Source of the DNA: Thermoplasmatota archaeon
GTDB lineage: Archaea > Thermoplasmatota > Penumbrarchaeia > Penumbrarchaeales > Penumbrarchaeaceae
Direction: 5' to 3'
Assembly (NCBI GenBank): GCA_030591285.1
Contig: JAUVBH010000001.1
Coordinates: 1-28,441 of the forward strand
DNA: 28,441 bases
Notes under the pieces: model-generated
What the model was told of the DNA's origin: nothing
The model's input: only the letters and a program-made list of their open reading frames with translations
Database searches by the model: none
Shown: positions 8,624-19,500 of the stretch, piece after piece
Layout of the letters: every line of letters begins with the position of its first letter
Numbering within the stretch: the stretch's first letter is position 1
Program-made: the position numbers and the translations under genes

Positions 8624-11600
8624 ATGATATTGCCTAACAAGATCTCTACTTGGACCTCTGCGATCGTAATATCGCTGTTGTTCATTTTCTCCGGTCTGAA
8701 CTATGGTTTGGACGATGTAAAGGAGGTTTCTGTCCCTGGACTTGGCGATCCTACCTTCATCACTGGGGAACCAACAAGGAACAGTCAATACTTCTATTCC
8801 ACAACAGGTGGGAAATGGGTCTATGATTTCTCTGACATAGATCCTCTATCAAATTCACAGAATCTTCTTTTCAAAGATGGAGTTGGGGCCCTAAAAGAGA
8901 GTGAAGAACTGGATGAGTTCTCCACAGGGACTCCTGGCACACTTCCCTCCGGATGGACTGAAAGCGATGCATCCCAGGGTGATTTTTTACTGGACCCTTC
9001 CATCTACAATGAAGCCGCGAACGGGGTCCTTTTTTCATCAGTGAGTGGAGACGGTGACTATGGGGTAAGTCATGTAGTACCCACTGTTGCATCTTCTGAT
9101 GATCTGGAGATCAAACTTTCTATCAGAATTGATATGATCTCGGAGGGCACTACACCACAGGGTTTTGCGATCAAGGTTCATTATACTGGTTCTACAGAAG
9201 GTCCAGAACTGAGATTGCATCAGAACGGTACAATTTCTTTTTTCGGCTGGGATGGGGCCCAGAACAGGGAGCACTTCAGCCAGGGAGCATCATTGAGCAG
9301 CGATCTGTGGTATGACCTCATCTTGAATATCAATATGACCTCTCAGCGTTGTGGATTGGATGTGGATGGTCGAAAAGAGTTTTGGAATATGCCAATGAGG
9401 TCATCTTCCGGAGGGAATATTCTTTTCCTGAACACATTGACCCTCCATACTGGAGCGGATCAGGATACAGCTGACATATACCTTGATGATATCTTTGCAA
9501 CCAAGAACACGATAGATACAGGTTTCTACAGATCCCCTACGATCTCCAAGACCCCGTTGATGAAGTGGCAGTTCCTGCAGGTATATCCTGGGCAGAACGA
9601 GGACCTTTTGTCCCTTTCCCTGATAAACATATCCAATAACCTGCCATATTCCGGTTTCGACTCCATTCCTGTTCCTGGTAATGGAAGGATAGACCTATCT
9701 TCCATGCCTAACACTGTTTCAAACTTCAGGATCCGTGTGGATATGGAGAGAGATGTTGACAGAAGACCATCCCTGGATCTTATTGGAGCAAGTTGGCTCG
9801 ATCCACTTCAGTTCTTCGATCCGCTATTCCCTGGTACTGGACTTCAAAGTATCGATGTTGACTTCATCAATAATGGACTCACATTGAAAAAGACCGGTCC
9901 AACATCATACAAGGATTCGGGACAGGTTACAACACCGTTGGTCAACCTTGAAAATGAGAGGGTATGGGGAAAGGTCCTATCCATATTCGATCTTCCAATG
10001 GGTTGCAATTTTACAATGGAAATAATCAGTCCAACATCCCAGGACCGGATACCTGGAACTTCACCATCCTACAATGGAACACTTGACCTTATATGGGTGC
10101 ATCCACTGGATCATGATGGTTTCAGGATAAGGATAACGATCCGGGGTGATGGCATCTCAACTCCTACCATCAACTGGTTGGCAGTGTCCACTTTTGAAAA
10201 CACTCCACCGATAATTGATCTGGTTTCACTTGAGGATAACATGATCAACAGAATGGACAGCACCAACGTCACTTTCCGTTCTATAGATGAGACCGACCCT
10301 ATCGTTACAACCGATCTCGCATATAGAACATCGACAGAAGGTCCATGGATCCAGGAAATGATCTCCGGAAGGAGTGTCCAGGGGGAGTTCACCTCCTATA
10401 AACTCTCCCCGGCATCGGATGATCCGGTTGGGTCATATGAGCTCCGTTTCAGTTCTATGGATAGAAGTGGAGTGACAACCCATTTGCAGGGGTATTTCCT
10501 GAATGTGGAGAATAGAATAGTGACAAAACCTATGATCGATCTATCCCCGGGTGTTGCCTTCACAGATAATATCATCCGTGTATCCGTAACCGGTGATTCA
10601 TTTGATCCCGAGGAGGATATGGTCCGGTACAGGTTCCACTGGTTCGTGAATGGAGTTATGGTTGACCCAAGTGATCCAGGGGGCCCCGCACCTGAGTGGA
10701 AACCATCGAATGTCAGTTCGAAGGAATCCACTTTGTCACCAGTTTTCACCGAAGCGGGAGATAATATTACCTGTAGAGTGGTTCCAACCGATCTGATAGA
10801 TGACGGTCCTGCAGCAGAAACCTGGGCGATCATCAACAACTCACCCCCCAGTGGACCTGACAATCAGATATCCTTCGTTGTGGAGGAGGACTCTACGGTG
10901 AACATTGATCTTGAGATGCATTTTTCTGATGCAGATCTGGATACCTTGATCTTCTCGCTTGATCACCCTGCTTCACTGATCGTTGAAGAACTTTCTATGG
11001 GTATCTACAATGTAACTCCAATTCAAGATCTCAATGGAGAATATCTTATCAACATATCTGCTACCGACGGCAGCTCCCAGGCCTTCGGCCAGGTATCTAT
11101 AACTTACACCCCCCTCAATGACCCCCCCACCATACAGGAAGTACCATCGAGGACCATCAAGCAGGGAGAGAAGATCGAGATATCTGTGATATGGGGCGAT
11201 CCGGAGGATCCGGATATTTCAGTTCTAACAGGCGATCTTCCTGACACATGGGGTAGTGATGGAAGATGTGAATTCGATGAGGAGAACTCAACCCTTGTTA
11301 TTGAAGCTGAGAATGGAAATGTCGGATCGCACTTTTTCACCTTCATTGTGACAGATCCTCAAGGACTTGAGGATCAGATCACCTTCAATATCTCCGTGGA
11401 AAACATCAATGATCCCATAGAAGGGGCCCTGATCCTCACCCCTCTCTCAGGATATACAGTAAAAGCAGGAGAGGAGGTCGAATTTGAGGGGGACGTTATT
11501 GATCCTGACAAGATCCATGGTCAGGAATTCTTCTACACCTGGGTTTTGGTGACAGAAACCATTGGAACGGGAAGAAATATAACCTATATCTTCGAAGAAC

Positions 11601-12127
11601 CTGGGACATATTCAGTTATACTGGAGGTTTCGGAAGGAACCGGTTCCAGATCTGCCACAGTGGAGATCACAGTTGGGAAGAAGGATGACGGCGGTGGTGG
11701 AGGAGGAAGTGGAGGCGGGGATGAAAAGAGTCCGGAAGTTAACATTCTATTAATCATCCTGCCATCTGTAGGCGTCATACTGCTTGGTTTGATACTGATC
11801 ATTGCATTTATGCTCTCAAGGAAGAAGAAAGCAGAGACCGAAGAACCAGAGGAGACCCCTGTGGAAGATGAGGTCAATGAAGAACCTCCTGAAGAAGTGG
11901 AAGAGAAGGTTGAGGAGGAACCGATCGAACCTCCACCTGTTCCGGTCCAAGAACCCACACCTGAACCAGAACCTGATCTCATGATGCCATCCGGGGACGA
12001 CCTCCTCATGCCGGATGACCTAGGGTCTATGGACATTCCACAGATCGAAGTCCCTGAAACCCCTAAGGTTTCGGAACCCGAGCCTGAGGAGTCAGATGTG
12101 CAATACTATTCACCTTCCAAAAAATAG
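8624..12127 (+). CDS. Large cell-surface protein: lectin/ConA-like region, Ig/cadherin-like repeats, PKD domain, TM anchor, acidic Pro-rich tail
   Basis: RBS AGGTGG at 8610-8615 before ATG 8624; cadherin-like 'VEEDS...NDPP' and 'VENINDP'; PKD-like 'YTW....IGTGRNITYIFEEPGTYSVILEV'; Gly linker, TM segment and E/P-rich tail. Confidence 0.85.
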   Translation: MILPNKISTWTSAIVISLLFIFSGLNYGLDDVKEVSVPGLGDPTFITGEPTRNSQYFYSTTGGKWVYDFSDIDPLSNSQNLLFKDGVGALKESEELDEFSTGTPGTLPSGWTESDASQGDFLLDPSIYNEAANGVLFSSVSGDGDYGVSHVVPTVASSDDLEIKLSIRIDMISEGTTPQGFAIKVHYTGSTEGPELRLHQNGTISFFGWDGAQNREHFSQGASLSSDLWYDLILNINMTSQRCGLDVDGRKEFWNMPMRSSSGGNILFLNTLTLHTGADQDTADIYLDDIFATKNTIDTGFYRSPTISKTPLMKWQFLQVYPGQNEDLLSLSLINISNNLPYSGFDSIPVPGNGRIDLSSMPNTVSNFRIRVDMERDVDRRPSLDLIGASWLDPLQFFDPLFPGTGLQSIDVDFINNGLTLKKTGPTSYKDSGQVTTPLVNLENERVWGKVLSIFDLPMGCNFTMEIISPTSQDRIPGTSPSYNGTLDLIWVHPLDHDGFRIRITIRGDGISTPTINWLAVSTFENTPPIIDLVSLEDNMINRMDSTNVTFRSIDETDPIVTTDLAYRTSTEGPWIQEMISGRSVQGEFTSYKLSPASDDPVGSYELRFSSMDRSGVTTHLQGYFLNVENRIVTKPMIDLSPGVAFTDNIIRVSVTGDSFDPEEDMVRYRFHWFVNGVMVDPSDPGGPAPEWKPSNVSSKESTLSPVFTEAGDNITCRVVPTDLIDDGPAAETWAIINNSPPSGPDNQISFVVEEDSTVNIDLEMHFSDADLDTLIFSLDHPASLIVEELSMGIYNVTPIQDLNGEYLINISATDGSSQAFGQVSITYTPLNDPPTIQEVPSRTIKQGEKIEISVIWGDPEDPDISVLTGDLPDTWGSDGRCEFDEENSTLVIEAENGNVGSHFFTFIVTDPQGLEDQITFNISVENINDPIEGALILTPLSGYTVKAGEEVEFEGDVIDPDKIHGQEFFYTWVLVTETIGTGRNITYIFEEPGTYSVILEVSEGTGSRSATVEITVGKKDDGGGGGGSGGGDEKSPEVNILLIILPSVGVILLGLILIIAFMLSRKKKAETEEPEETPVEDEVNEEPPEEVEEKVEEEPIEPPPVPVQEPTPEPEPDLMMPSGDDLLMPDDLGSMDIPQIEVPETPKVSEPEPEESDVQYYSPSKK

Positions 12128-12192
12128 ATGTGGAACATGTTCGAAGTCATTTCGGCAAAATTTATATGTCCTTCGACCTTAGGGCATTTCCA

Positions 12193-13326
12193 ATGGGTTC
12201 AGTAGATGAAAGCAAGGTCCCCTTGCTATCGGTGATAATTCCCACATTCAATGAAAGGGAAAACATGCCGATCATCATACCCAAAATTGCCCAGGTACTT
12301 GGTGATTCATCTGTCCCCCATGAGATAATTGTAATGGATGATGATTCCCCGGATGGGACATCCGAAGCTGTTGGCGAGGTTCAGAAGGAGATACCCCAGG
12401 CCAGATGTGTTGTAAGAAAGACCGATAAAGGACTTTCACCAGCTGTGATCCAGGGTTACAAAGAAGCCAAGGGCGATATCCATCTCGTGATGGATGCCGA
12501 TCTTTCACATCCAGTTGAAGTGCTTCCAAAGATGTACAATGCCATCGTCAAGGATGGAGCTGATGTTGTTGTTGGCTCCAGACATACAACGGGTGGCGGG
12601 ATAGAGAATTGGCCATTCATGAGACGGTTCATCTCATGGGGCGCTGCAATGATGGCACGACCCTTGACACCCTGTTCCGATCCGATGTCTGGTTTCTTTG
12701 CAATAAGACCCAAGGTGATCGACGGGGCCCCTCTCAAAGCAAAAGGATATAAGATCCTCCTTGAAGTCCTTGTCAAGGGAAAATATGACAAGGTTTCAGA
12801 AGTGCCCATCACTTTCAAGGACAGGGAATTGGGTGAATCGAAGCTTGGAAGCAAGGTGATGGTCAATTATATCCAGCATTTGATCCAGCTTTATCTCTTC
12901 CCAGGATCTGCTCCATTGATCAAGTTCCTCTTCGTTGGAGGAACAGGGATGCTCATTGATCTCGGAGTTATTTCCCTGCTTCTTTTCTTGTTGGGGGATA
13001 ATAATTTCGACCTGTTGGGTATGGAGGGACTGAAATATGTTTACCTTTACCAAGCAGGATCGTTCCTTGCCGCGGTGACCTGGAACTTCTTCTGGAACCG
13101 TTACTGGACCTTCAATGCCAGGAAAGGTTCGAAGTCCTCCCAATACACCAAGTTCTTTGTGGTAGCGATCATTGCATTTTGTGTCAGGACAGCTTTGATG
13201 TATGTTGGAGTTGATGTGATAGGTCTCAATGGGGAACCCTGGTACCAGGTCATTCTGATAGGAGTAATATTCATTGTCACTGTCATCAACTATCTCGGAT
13301 CCAAGCTTTGGGCATTCAAGAAATGA
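12193..13326 (+). CDS. Polyprenol/dolichol-phosphate mannose synthase-like GT2 fused to a GtrA-like membrane domain
   Basis: 'SVIIPTFNERENM', 'MDDDSPDGT', DxD motif 'MDADLSHP' and 'DPMSGFFAIR', then a four-TM C-terminus with 'WNFFWNRYWTF'. TATA TTTATATG at 12161 favours a leaderless ATG at 12193; the ORF track starts at 12130. Confidence 0.88.
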   Translation: MGSVDESKVPLLSVIIPTFNERENMPIIIPKIAQVLGDSSVPHEIIVMDDDSPDGTSEAVGEVQKEIPQARCVVRKTDKGLSPAVIQGYKEAKGDIHLVMDADLSHPVEVLPKMYNAIVKDGADVVVGSRHTTGGGIENWPFMRRFISWGAAMMARPLTPCSDPMSGFFAIRPKVIDGAPLKAKGYKILLEVLVKGKYDKVSEVPITFKDRELGESKLGSKVMVNYIQHLIQLYLFPGSAPLIKFLFVGGTGMLIDLGVISLLLFLLGDNNFDLLGMEGLKYVYLYQAGSFLAAVTWNFFWNRYWTFNARKGSKSSQYTKFFVVAIIAFCVRTALMYVGVDVIGLNGEPWYQVILIGVIFIVTVINYLGSKLWAFKK

Positions 13327-13380
13327 TGCCATAACACCATTCTAAGCCACATTTCTTCCACAACTTTAAAAAAGGAAGTA

Positions 13381-14415
13381 ATGGGATTTTCCCCCGTGAG
13401 ATACCATTGGCTTTCATTGTTCATCATCTCGTCCCTTCTGTTGATGTTGATCCCATTCGATCTTCATGTTGATGGAGAGTTAGATGGACCGCAGCAGACA
13501 GTTGATCTGGTCAGAATGGAGATCGATGAGGAGACCATTTCCATCGATATCAGTTTCAATGGTTCCTTCACAGGTCAATTGCGTTGTAGAGCGATCCTGA
13601 TCTTCGACCTAGGCATTGCAATAGAATATGTGAATGTCTATTTTGAACCGGAGTACCCGGAATATGTATCGGTAGTTCTGGAGGAATATGAGGCACGGTT
13701 GACATCCGAGGATCCGATCCACGAATTCACGGCGAACATCAGTATCGATCCTGGCACCACCTCCGCACTGAATCCAATCGTAATAATGGATGGAACCGCC
13801 AGGACCAATCATGGCAACGATGGAGGGGTGGAAACCGATTCAGCTTCGGTCAGGATACTTCCTTACTACAGTGCAACTATCTTCTTCAGGGTCCCAACCG
13901 GTACCATTGATGGAGGTTCATCAAAGAACTTCATTCTCACCCTGCAGAACACCGGGAATGCAGGGGGGCATTACATTCTCACAGTTACCAATGCCGAGTT
14001 CCTGGCCTCCAAGGGGATCGAGGTTACCTTTCCTGACTCCCGGGTCTACGTCGAAGAGAATGGTGAGAGAGAAGTTGATGTCAAGGTATCGGTTTCGGGT
14101 AGTGCAAGGAGAGGATCATACATTGTCAAGATCGCTGTATGGTCCGAGAAGGTGGGTCATGCATCCGAACAGGATAACCCTGCCTCACTGACCCTCAACG
14201 TGGAGGAAGGTTACAGCAAGATCCTTGGACTCATCAAGGATCCGATCTATCTCTGGGTCGGCCTTGGAATACTCCTGGTATTGGTCGTATTGGCAATCTG
14301 GGGGACCATCAAACTACGGGAGCATCTCCTGTGGAAGCGTACACTGAACAATATACGGAACGCTGAGCTCGAGGAGGATCCCCAGTCAGCTGAGGAAGAA
14401 GAAACCATCATCTGA
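13381..14415 (+). CDS. Membrane-anchored surface protein with two Ig-like domains (resembles the Thermoplasmatota 'choice-of-anchor T' type)
   Basis: Signal peptide, 'LTLQNTGNAGGHYILTV' (Ig/NEW3-like), C-terminal TM and acidic tail. The family assignment is from recall of the pattern, not a search. The start may be GTG 13396, 31 nt after TTTAAAAA. Confidence 0.7.
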   Translation: MGFSPVRYHWLSLFIISSLLLMLIPFDLHVDGELDGPQQTVDLVRMEIDEETISIDISFNGSFTGQLRCRAILIFDLGIAIEYVNVYFEPEYPEYVSVVLEEYEARLTSEDPIHEFTANISIDPGTTSALNPIVIMDGTARTNHGNDGGVETDSASVRILPYYSATIFFRVPTGTIDGGSSKNFILTLQNTGNAGGHYILTVTNAEFLASKGIEVTFPDSRVYVEENGEREVDVKVSVSGSARRGSYIVKIAVWSEKVGHASEQDNPASLTLNVEEGYSKILGLIKDPIYLWVGLGILLVLVVLAIWGTIKLREHLLWKRTLNNIRNAELEEDPQSAEEEETII

Positions 14416-14429
14416 TGTAGTTTCTATGT

Positions 14430-16592
14430 TCAATCTTCGTAATCATCATCATCATCATCGAAGTCGAGTTCCTCTTCATCATCCTCTTCTTCTTCCATGT
14501 CCTCGAACTCTGCACCGCAGTTGGGGCACATTGGCTCCTCGACCGATACCAGATCTCCGCACGATGAGCAGATGCTCATGTTGTCCAATTCTTCCATCTC
14601 ATCAGCATCATCCATCATGGGTGGAAGTTTTGCAACGCCTGGTCCATCATCATCGTAAATGGCTTCAGCATCACTCCCACTCACTGGTGGTGGAGCCTGG
14701 GTTGGAAGATTGATGGTTCCGTTGTAGACAAGGTAGAGGAAGACGAAGACTGCAATGATTATCAACAGGACAAGGAGAAGGGTCAGTATCTGGATCCAAA
14801 GCGTCTCCTTCTCTGTCGGTGCCTTTGAGATACTTGCATCCCTCGGTGCATAATCATCTTCATTGAGGACCCCATCTCCATCGATGTCCTCATCCTGATC
14901 ATCACCTTTACCGTCATAGTCCATATCCCCCGGTCTTGATGCTGTCTTCGGGCGTGTGTCGAACCATATCGGGTCGTTCATATCTGGATTGTCTGGATGA
15001 ATGTCCGGGATACCGTCATTGTCATCATCCAGGTCCATCCAGGCCAATGAATTCTTGTTATCACCATCAGGCAGACCATCCCCATCGGAGTCCAAGGGCA
15101 TATCGAACCGATCCTTTGGATTGGTTTTAAGTTCGATTTCCCAATCATCAAAGAATCCATCCTGGTCGTCGTCCTTATCGTCATTGGGATCGTTCTTACC
15201 GTTCCCATTTGCGTCATCGAGGAGTCCATCACCATCCGTGTCGGTCGGGGTTACATAAACAGAAAGGTAGAATGTTACACCGGGAAGGTTGTTGGAATCA
15301 TACGGGGTTATTCCTACACTGATGTTTGCTGGATAGTTCCAGTTGCCTTCGGTTTTCTGGATCTCTGACCAGGTATCAGAGATCGCTATTGGATAGCCTC
15401 TGACATACCACTGGTAACTTATGGTTACAAGATCTCCATCCGGATCACCCCAGATCAGGTCCTTGATATACACCCTCCCAGTGTTTTCATCCACTAGTGA
15501 AGGCATCAATTTGGCTGAAGAGATGTATGGTGCTGAATTCCGGATGTATACTTCCGATGTCCTGACCTCACTTATCGAGAAACCGTCAGACACCCAGACC
15601 TTCACTCTTATCGTATCTCCTCTTGTGGTGAACCGATGATCAAGGATCGGTGAGTTTGGGGCTCCAATGGATTCGTATCCGGATTGGGTTTTCTTCTCCC
15701 ACAGGTAGTTGAATGTTACGACATTCGTTTCCGGGTCGTCCCAGAGTCCGGGAGATGCCATGAGGTCAGTAAGTGTTGTCGGGTTCAGTGTTTTGATGGA
15801 AGCAGAGTTCAATCTTGGTGGAATGTTGCCGATCATCACCGGTGGTGAATGTGCTGGAATTCCATACTCTCCCCCACTGATACCCAAGTTGTCAGCAGGA
15901 TAGATGGTATAATTCCAGATCTGGCCTGCATAGACATTCTCGACCTTGATGTTATTGTCGTAAGTTGGCATATGTGTTCCATTCAGATACCATTTGATGA
16001 CATGGCTTGTTGGTTCATTATCTCCATCAATATCGAACCATTCCCACACACCCATGATGGTATCACGGGTTCTTGGGACAGTAGGACTTTCACTGTCCAA
16101 TGCAATGATCCTTGGATTGGTTACCATTGGTTGGTCGTTCTTCTCAAGGACATGGATGGAGACAAACCAGGTGAAAGAAACTCCATGTGGATCTGTTGCT
16201 GTCACTGAAATGTTGCCCCTTCCATTCCAATCCTTGGCCAAATTCAGATCGAGCATGGTGCCATCCAGGAATGGTGATATCTCTGGTGTCAACTGTTGGA
16301 CAGAGAACGTCAGGTTGCCAAGATCGTCACCAATGTCCTTGAACCAGGGCTCAACGTCGACTGGCCCAACTTTCAATCCCTTATCCTCATCTGCAATGAG
16401 ATTTCCAACCGGGGCTTTTCCAGTTATGCTTGGGGCCTGGAATCCATAGTAGGTGATGGATATTGCCTGGTCAAGATCGAATGAGTCCATGATCTCAGCA
16501 AGAATGGGATCATTGTTCGCATCTTTTCCTTCTTGGTATTTCAACGTAAGCTCAACTGTCAGATCATCATCGATAACCGAATTATACAACAC
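14430..16592 (-). CDS. C-terminal part of the giant surface protein: Ig-like repeats, thrombospondin-type-3-like Ca-binding repeats, TM, cytoplasmic zinc ribbon, acidic tail
   Basis: Multiple DxDxDGxxD motifs; TM 'IQILTLLLVLLIIIAVFVFLYLVY'; CSSC..CPNC at 14570-14518. It has no signal peptide and is in frame with 16596..20789. Confidence 0.8.
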   Translation of the reverse strand: MLYNSVIDDDLTVELTLKYQEGKDANNDPILAEIMDSFDLDQAISITYYGFQAPSITGKAPVGNLIADEDKGLKVGPVDVEPWFKDIGDDLGNLTFSVQQLTPEISPFLDGTMLDLNLAKDWNGRGNISVTATDPHGVSFTWFVSIHVLEKNDQPMVTNPRIIALDSESPTVPRTRDTIMGVWEWFDIDGDNEPTSHVIKWYLNGTHMPTYDNNIKVENVYAGQIWNYTIYPADNLGISGGEYGIPAHSPPVMIGNIPPRLNSASIKTLNPTTLTDLMASPGLWDDPETNVVTFNYLWEKKTQSGYESIGAPNSPILDHRFTTRGDTIRVKVWVSDGFSISEVRTSEVYIRNSAPYISSAKLMPSLVDENTGRVYIKDLIWGDPDGDLVTISYQWYVRGYPIAISDTWSEIQKTEGNWNYPANISVGITPYDSNNLPGVTFYLSVYVTPTDTDGDGLLDDANGNGKNDPNDDKDDDQDGFFDDWEIELKTNPKDRFDMPLDSDGDGLPDGDNKNSLAWMDLDDDNDGIPDIHPDNPDMNDPIWFDTRPKTASRPGDMDYDGKGDDQDEDIDGDGVLNEDDYAPRDASISKAPTEKETLWIQILTLLLVLLIIIAVFVFLYLVYNGTINLPTQAPPPVSGSDAEAIYDDDGPGVAKLPPMMDDADEMEELDNMSICSSCGDLVSVEEPMCPNCGAEFEDMEEEEDDEEELDFDDDDDDYED

Positions 16593-16595
16593 CTG

Positions 16596-19500
16596 TTAGG
16601 ATTGGTAGCTGTTGGAGAACTTGGTATCGATATTGAATATGTTCACAATGTTATTTCCAGGTCCCCTGTCCACTGTAAGATCGAATTCGACATTATCGCC
16701 GACCTCGTTCAGAAGTTCTACTTCAAGTGTATAGCTCAGTCTTACTGAGTAGCCAGATTGGGTTACCTGGATCGAATTTGGATTGACAAATGAGTCCAGA
16801 ACATAGGCGTTCGCGGTTGCAGTCCAAATGGGTGCTGGACTGTTGCCCGAGAAGAACGAGTCTTTGATCGAAACCGTCTGTGTGGAGTCGTTGAAAAGTG
16901 AGATCCCCCATTTGTTATCCACAAACTCGCAGTCAATAATATCCAGATCATCTTCAAGTCCTTCAACCTGCAGTCCGATCGTATTTTGAGAGAATTTGGT
17001 GCCCTGGAGTGATCCTTCTCCGTCTATCACCAGAAGTGCTGTTCCTTCTATGTCGGAGAATTCGCTGTCCACAATGTTCATTGGGGTCGTATCGAGTCGT
17101 ATCGGTCCATCCCCGAATCTGACCAATGTTCCATCCATGGTGAAATCACGTCCATCCACCATTTCCAATTGATATAACTGCCCAAGATATCCTCCAAAGA
17201 TCTGGATCGATGAAAGGCTGTCTCCGGTGATCGAGAACCAGTTGTCTGATTGGCTAGGCCTGATGTAACAATTGACGAGTTTCAGGCTGCCAAGCTCGGA
17301 AACGTGGAAACTATTGCTATCTCCCAATAGTGTTATGTTCAGATTCCTTACTTCAGCATCTGAGGGTGTAGTTAGCACAATATCCAGGTTCGCTCTGACA
17401 AGTCCGTTCACCGTATTGCTTCCCAGAATGTCCCTTCCAGAAGCAACCGAGGTCCATGTGATGTGGACATTCCTTGGTGAGATAATGTCTCCACCTGGAT
17501 TGCCTCCGATATTTGGACCCTGAAGATCGATCTCGATGGTTTTGGTCACCTGTGTTGGATCGTAGGATATAAGCAGTCCTGTTCCGGAATTATCAGTGAT
17601 GTCCGTGTTGTTGATCCTACCATAGTATCCATTTGCATCAAGGAGAGCTTCGGATGTTATGTGGATGGTTAGACCATCATCGCTGTTACCGATGATCTTC
17701 ACATCCTTCATGTGTAGGAGGTCAACACCGAGTAAACTTATACCCTGGCCCGTGTTATAATTGATCCAGGTCCTTTCGATGCTCAGTGTTCCGCCTTCCA
17801 AAAGGATGCCGTCTCCATTGTTGCTAACTATGTAATTGATCAAAGTGCCCTTTCCCATGGTGATGTCAGAATCCTTTGCAAATATTCCGTAACCCTGTGT
17901 GGTATATCCGATATCGAGACCGAATATCCCAATTTCGGACCCATCACCGATCGTCAACCCGGAATTGCACATGTACATCTCGGTATCGAGAATGTTTCCA
18001 ACTGAATTGGAACCCATGAATATACCCGGTCCATTGCAGAATGAAATGTTCACATTGGAGATATCGAAAACTGCATTATCTCCTATCATTATTCCTCCGG
18101 AACCCAGGCCGCCGCTTATTGTGGACCCCGTGCTGCCTCCCAGTATCAACTCAAAATCATCTCCGGCATATATCCCAACATTACTTTGGGAAATGCTCAC
18201 ATCTGAGATATTTGCCAAGAACCCCTCGCCAAGATAGATACCATCCAGGTCTACGCCCGTGATCCTTGAGTTTCTTATCTCTACCATACCATCAGAGGGC
18301 CAGTAGGGTATTGCGATACCGTGTGAATTACCTCCAGTAACGGTTCCAGAGATCACTACTCCAGCATCTTCACTTGTGGTCAGATCAACTGTCACTCCGC
18401 CGATACCATCGCTTCTTACATAGGATGAGGCGTTCGATGTGAAGATATCAAAGTCCTTTATTGAAAGATTGATGGGGTAGTCGATGGAGTCTCCCTCGAC
18501 ATATACCCCTGAGATCCCGAAATCACTGCTTACACTGGTGGTAGTGATCTCCATACGTGCTCCTATTGGGTAGGAATCTGGAAGGGTCACATATATGCCG
18601 ATCTCGTCTGGATCCATGTCAGAAATGTTTGACATCAGGAATCCATCCATGATCCTTATGCCATACGTTGCATTCTGAACTGTGATGTCAAAGGTTTCGA
18701 GCCACCCTCCCTCGGAGTAGACACCAGCATCCATGACATTTGTTCCATTGATGGATATGTCAAGACTGCTCAAATATGAAGTTCCCCAATCATTTCCCGC
18801 CTGGAAAACAACTTTCACACCATATTGGTTATCATCCTTCCCGATCATTTCCGAACCGTTAATGGCGACACCGGAGTCAGTCACCGCTATGAACTCATTG
18901 ATCTCAAGATCTGCGGTAGGCCCCCCAAGGACCAATTCAGAGATCATCACGTCTCCTGATGAGTGAATGTCAATGAAGTTCGTAATGGCATCATCAATGG
19001 TGATATTTTTCAGGACAAGCACATCTCCAATGGCTGTTTCACCCCAATTCACCTTATCAAATGTGAAGGAAGGGGATCCATGATAAAGCTCGCCATCGTC
19101 ATTTCCCAGTATTGGGTCGCCAAGATAGATGCAACCCACTTCGTCAGCTAGAGGGGTCCATTTGGTGCGGAGCTGGTGGGGTCCCGCCGATAGTATGGAA
19201 AGATCCACCTTTGCATCATCCCCGTTCACCCATTCATCGAAAATGGTGTTGCCTTTCGGGAAACCCGGGAAGCTTGTCCAGATGCCTGTATTGTTGTATT
19301 CAAGTGTAAATATGCCCAATGCAGACCTTGAATCCAGGAAGTATGGTAGCTTCAGATAGGGATTGCTCATGTTGGTTGTATCGATGTAGATGTAAGCCAA
19401 TCCATCCTCATCATCCTGGTAGTAGCGATTGGTAACGTCATATGGGGTCCAGGTGGAAACATTGCTTATCTGGATAGGGGTCCACGCTGTTCCATTGATG

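Noticed and set aside
11584-12036. 150-aa Ser/Gly/Pro-rich minus-strand ORF
   Set aside because: Antisense shadow of the acidic, Pro-rich tail of the 8624..12127 gene.
14426-14713. His-rich plus-strand ORF
   Set aside because: The CAT repeats are simply the reverse complement of the Asp (GAT) run in the real minus-strand gene.
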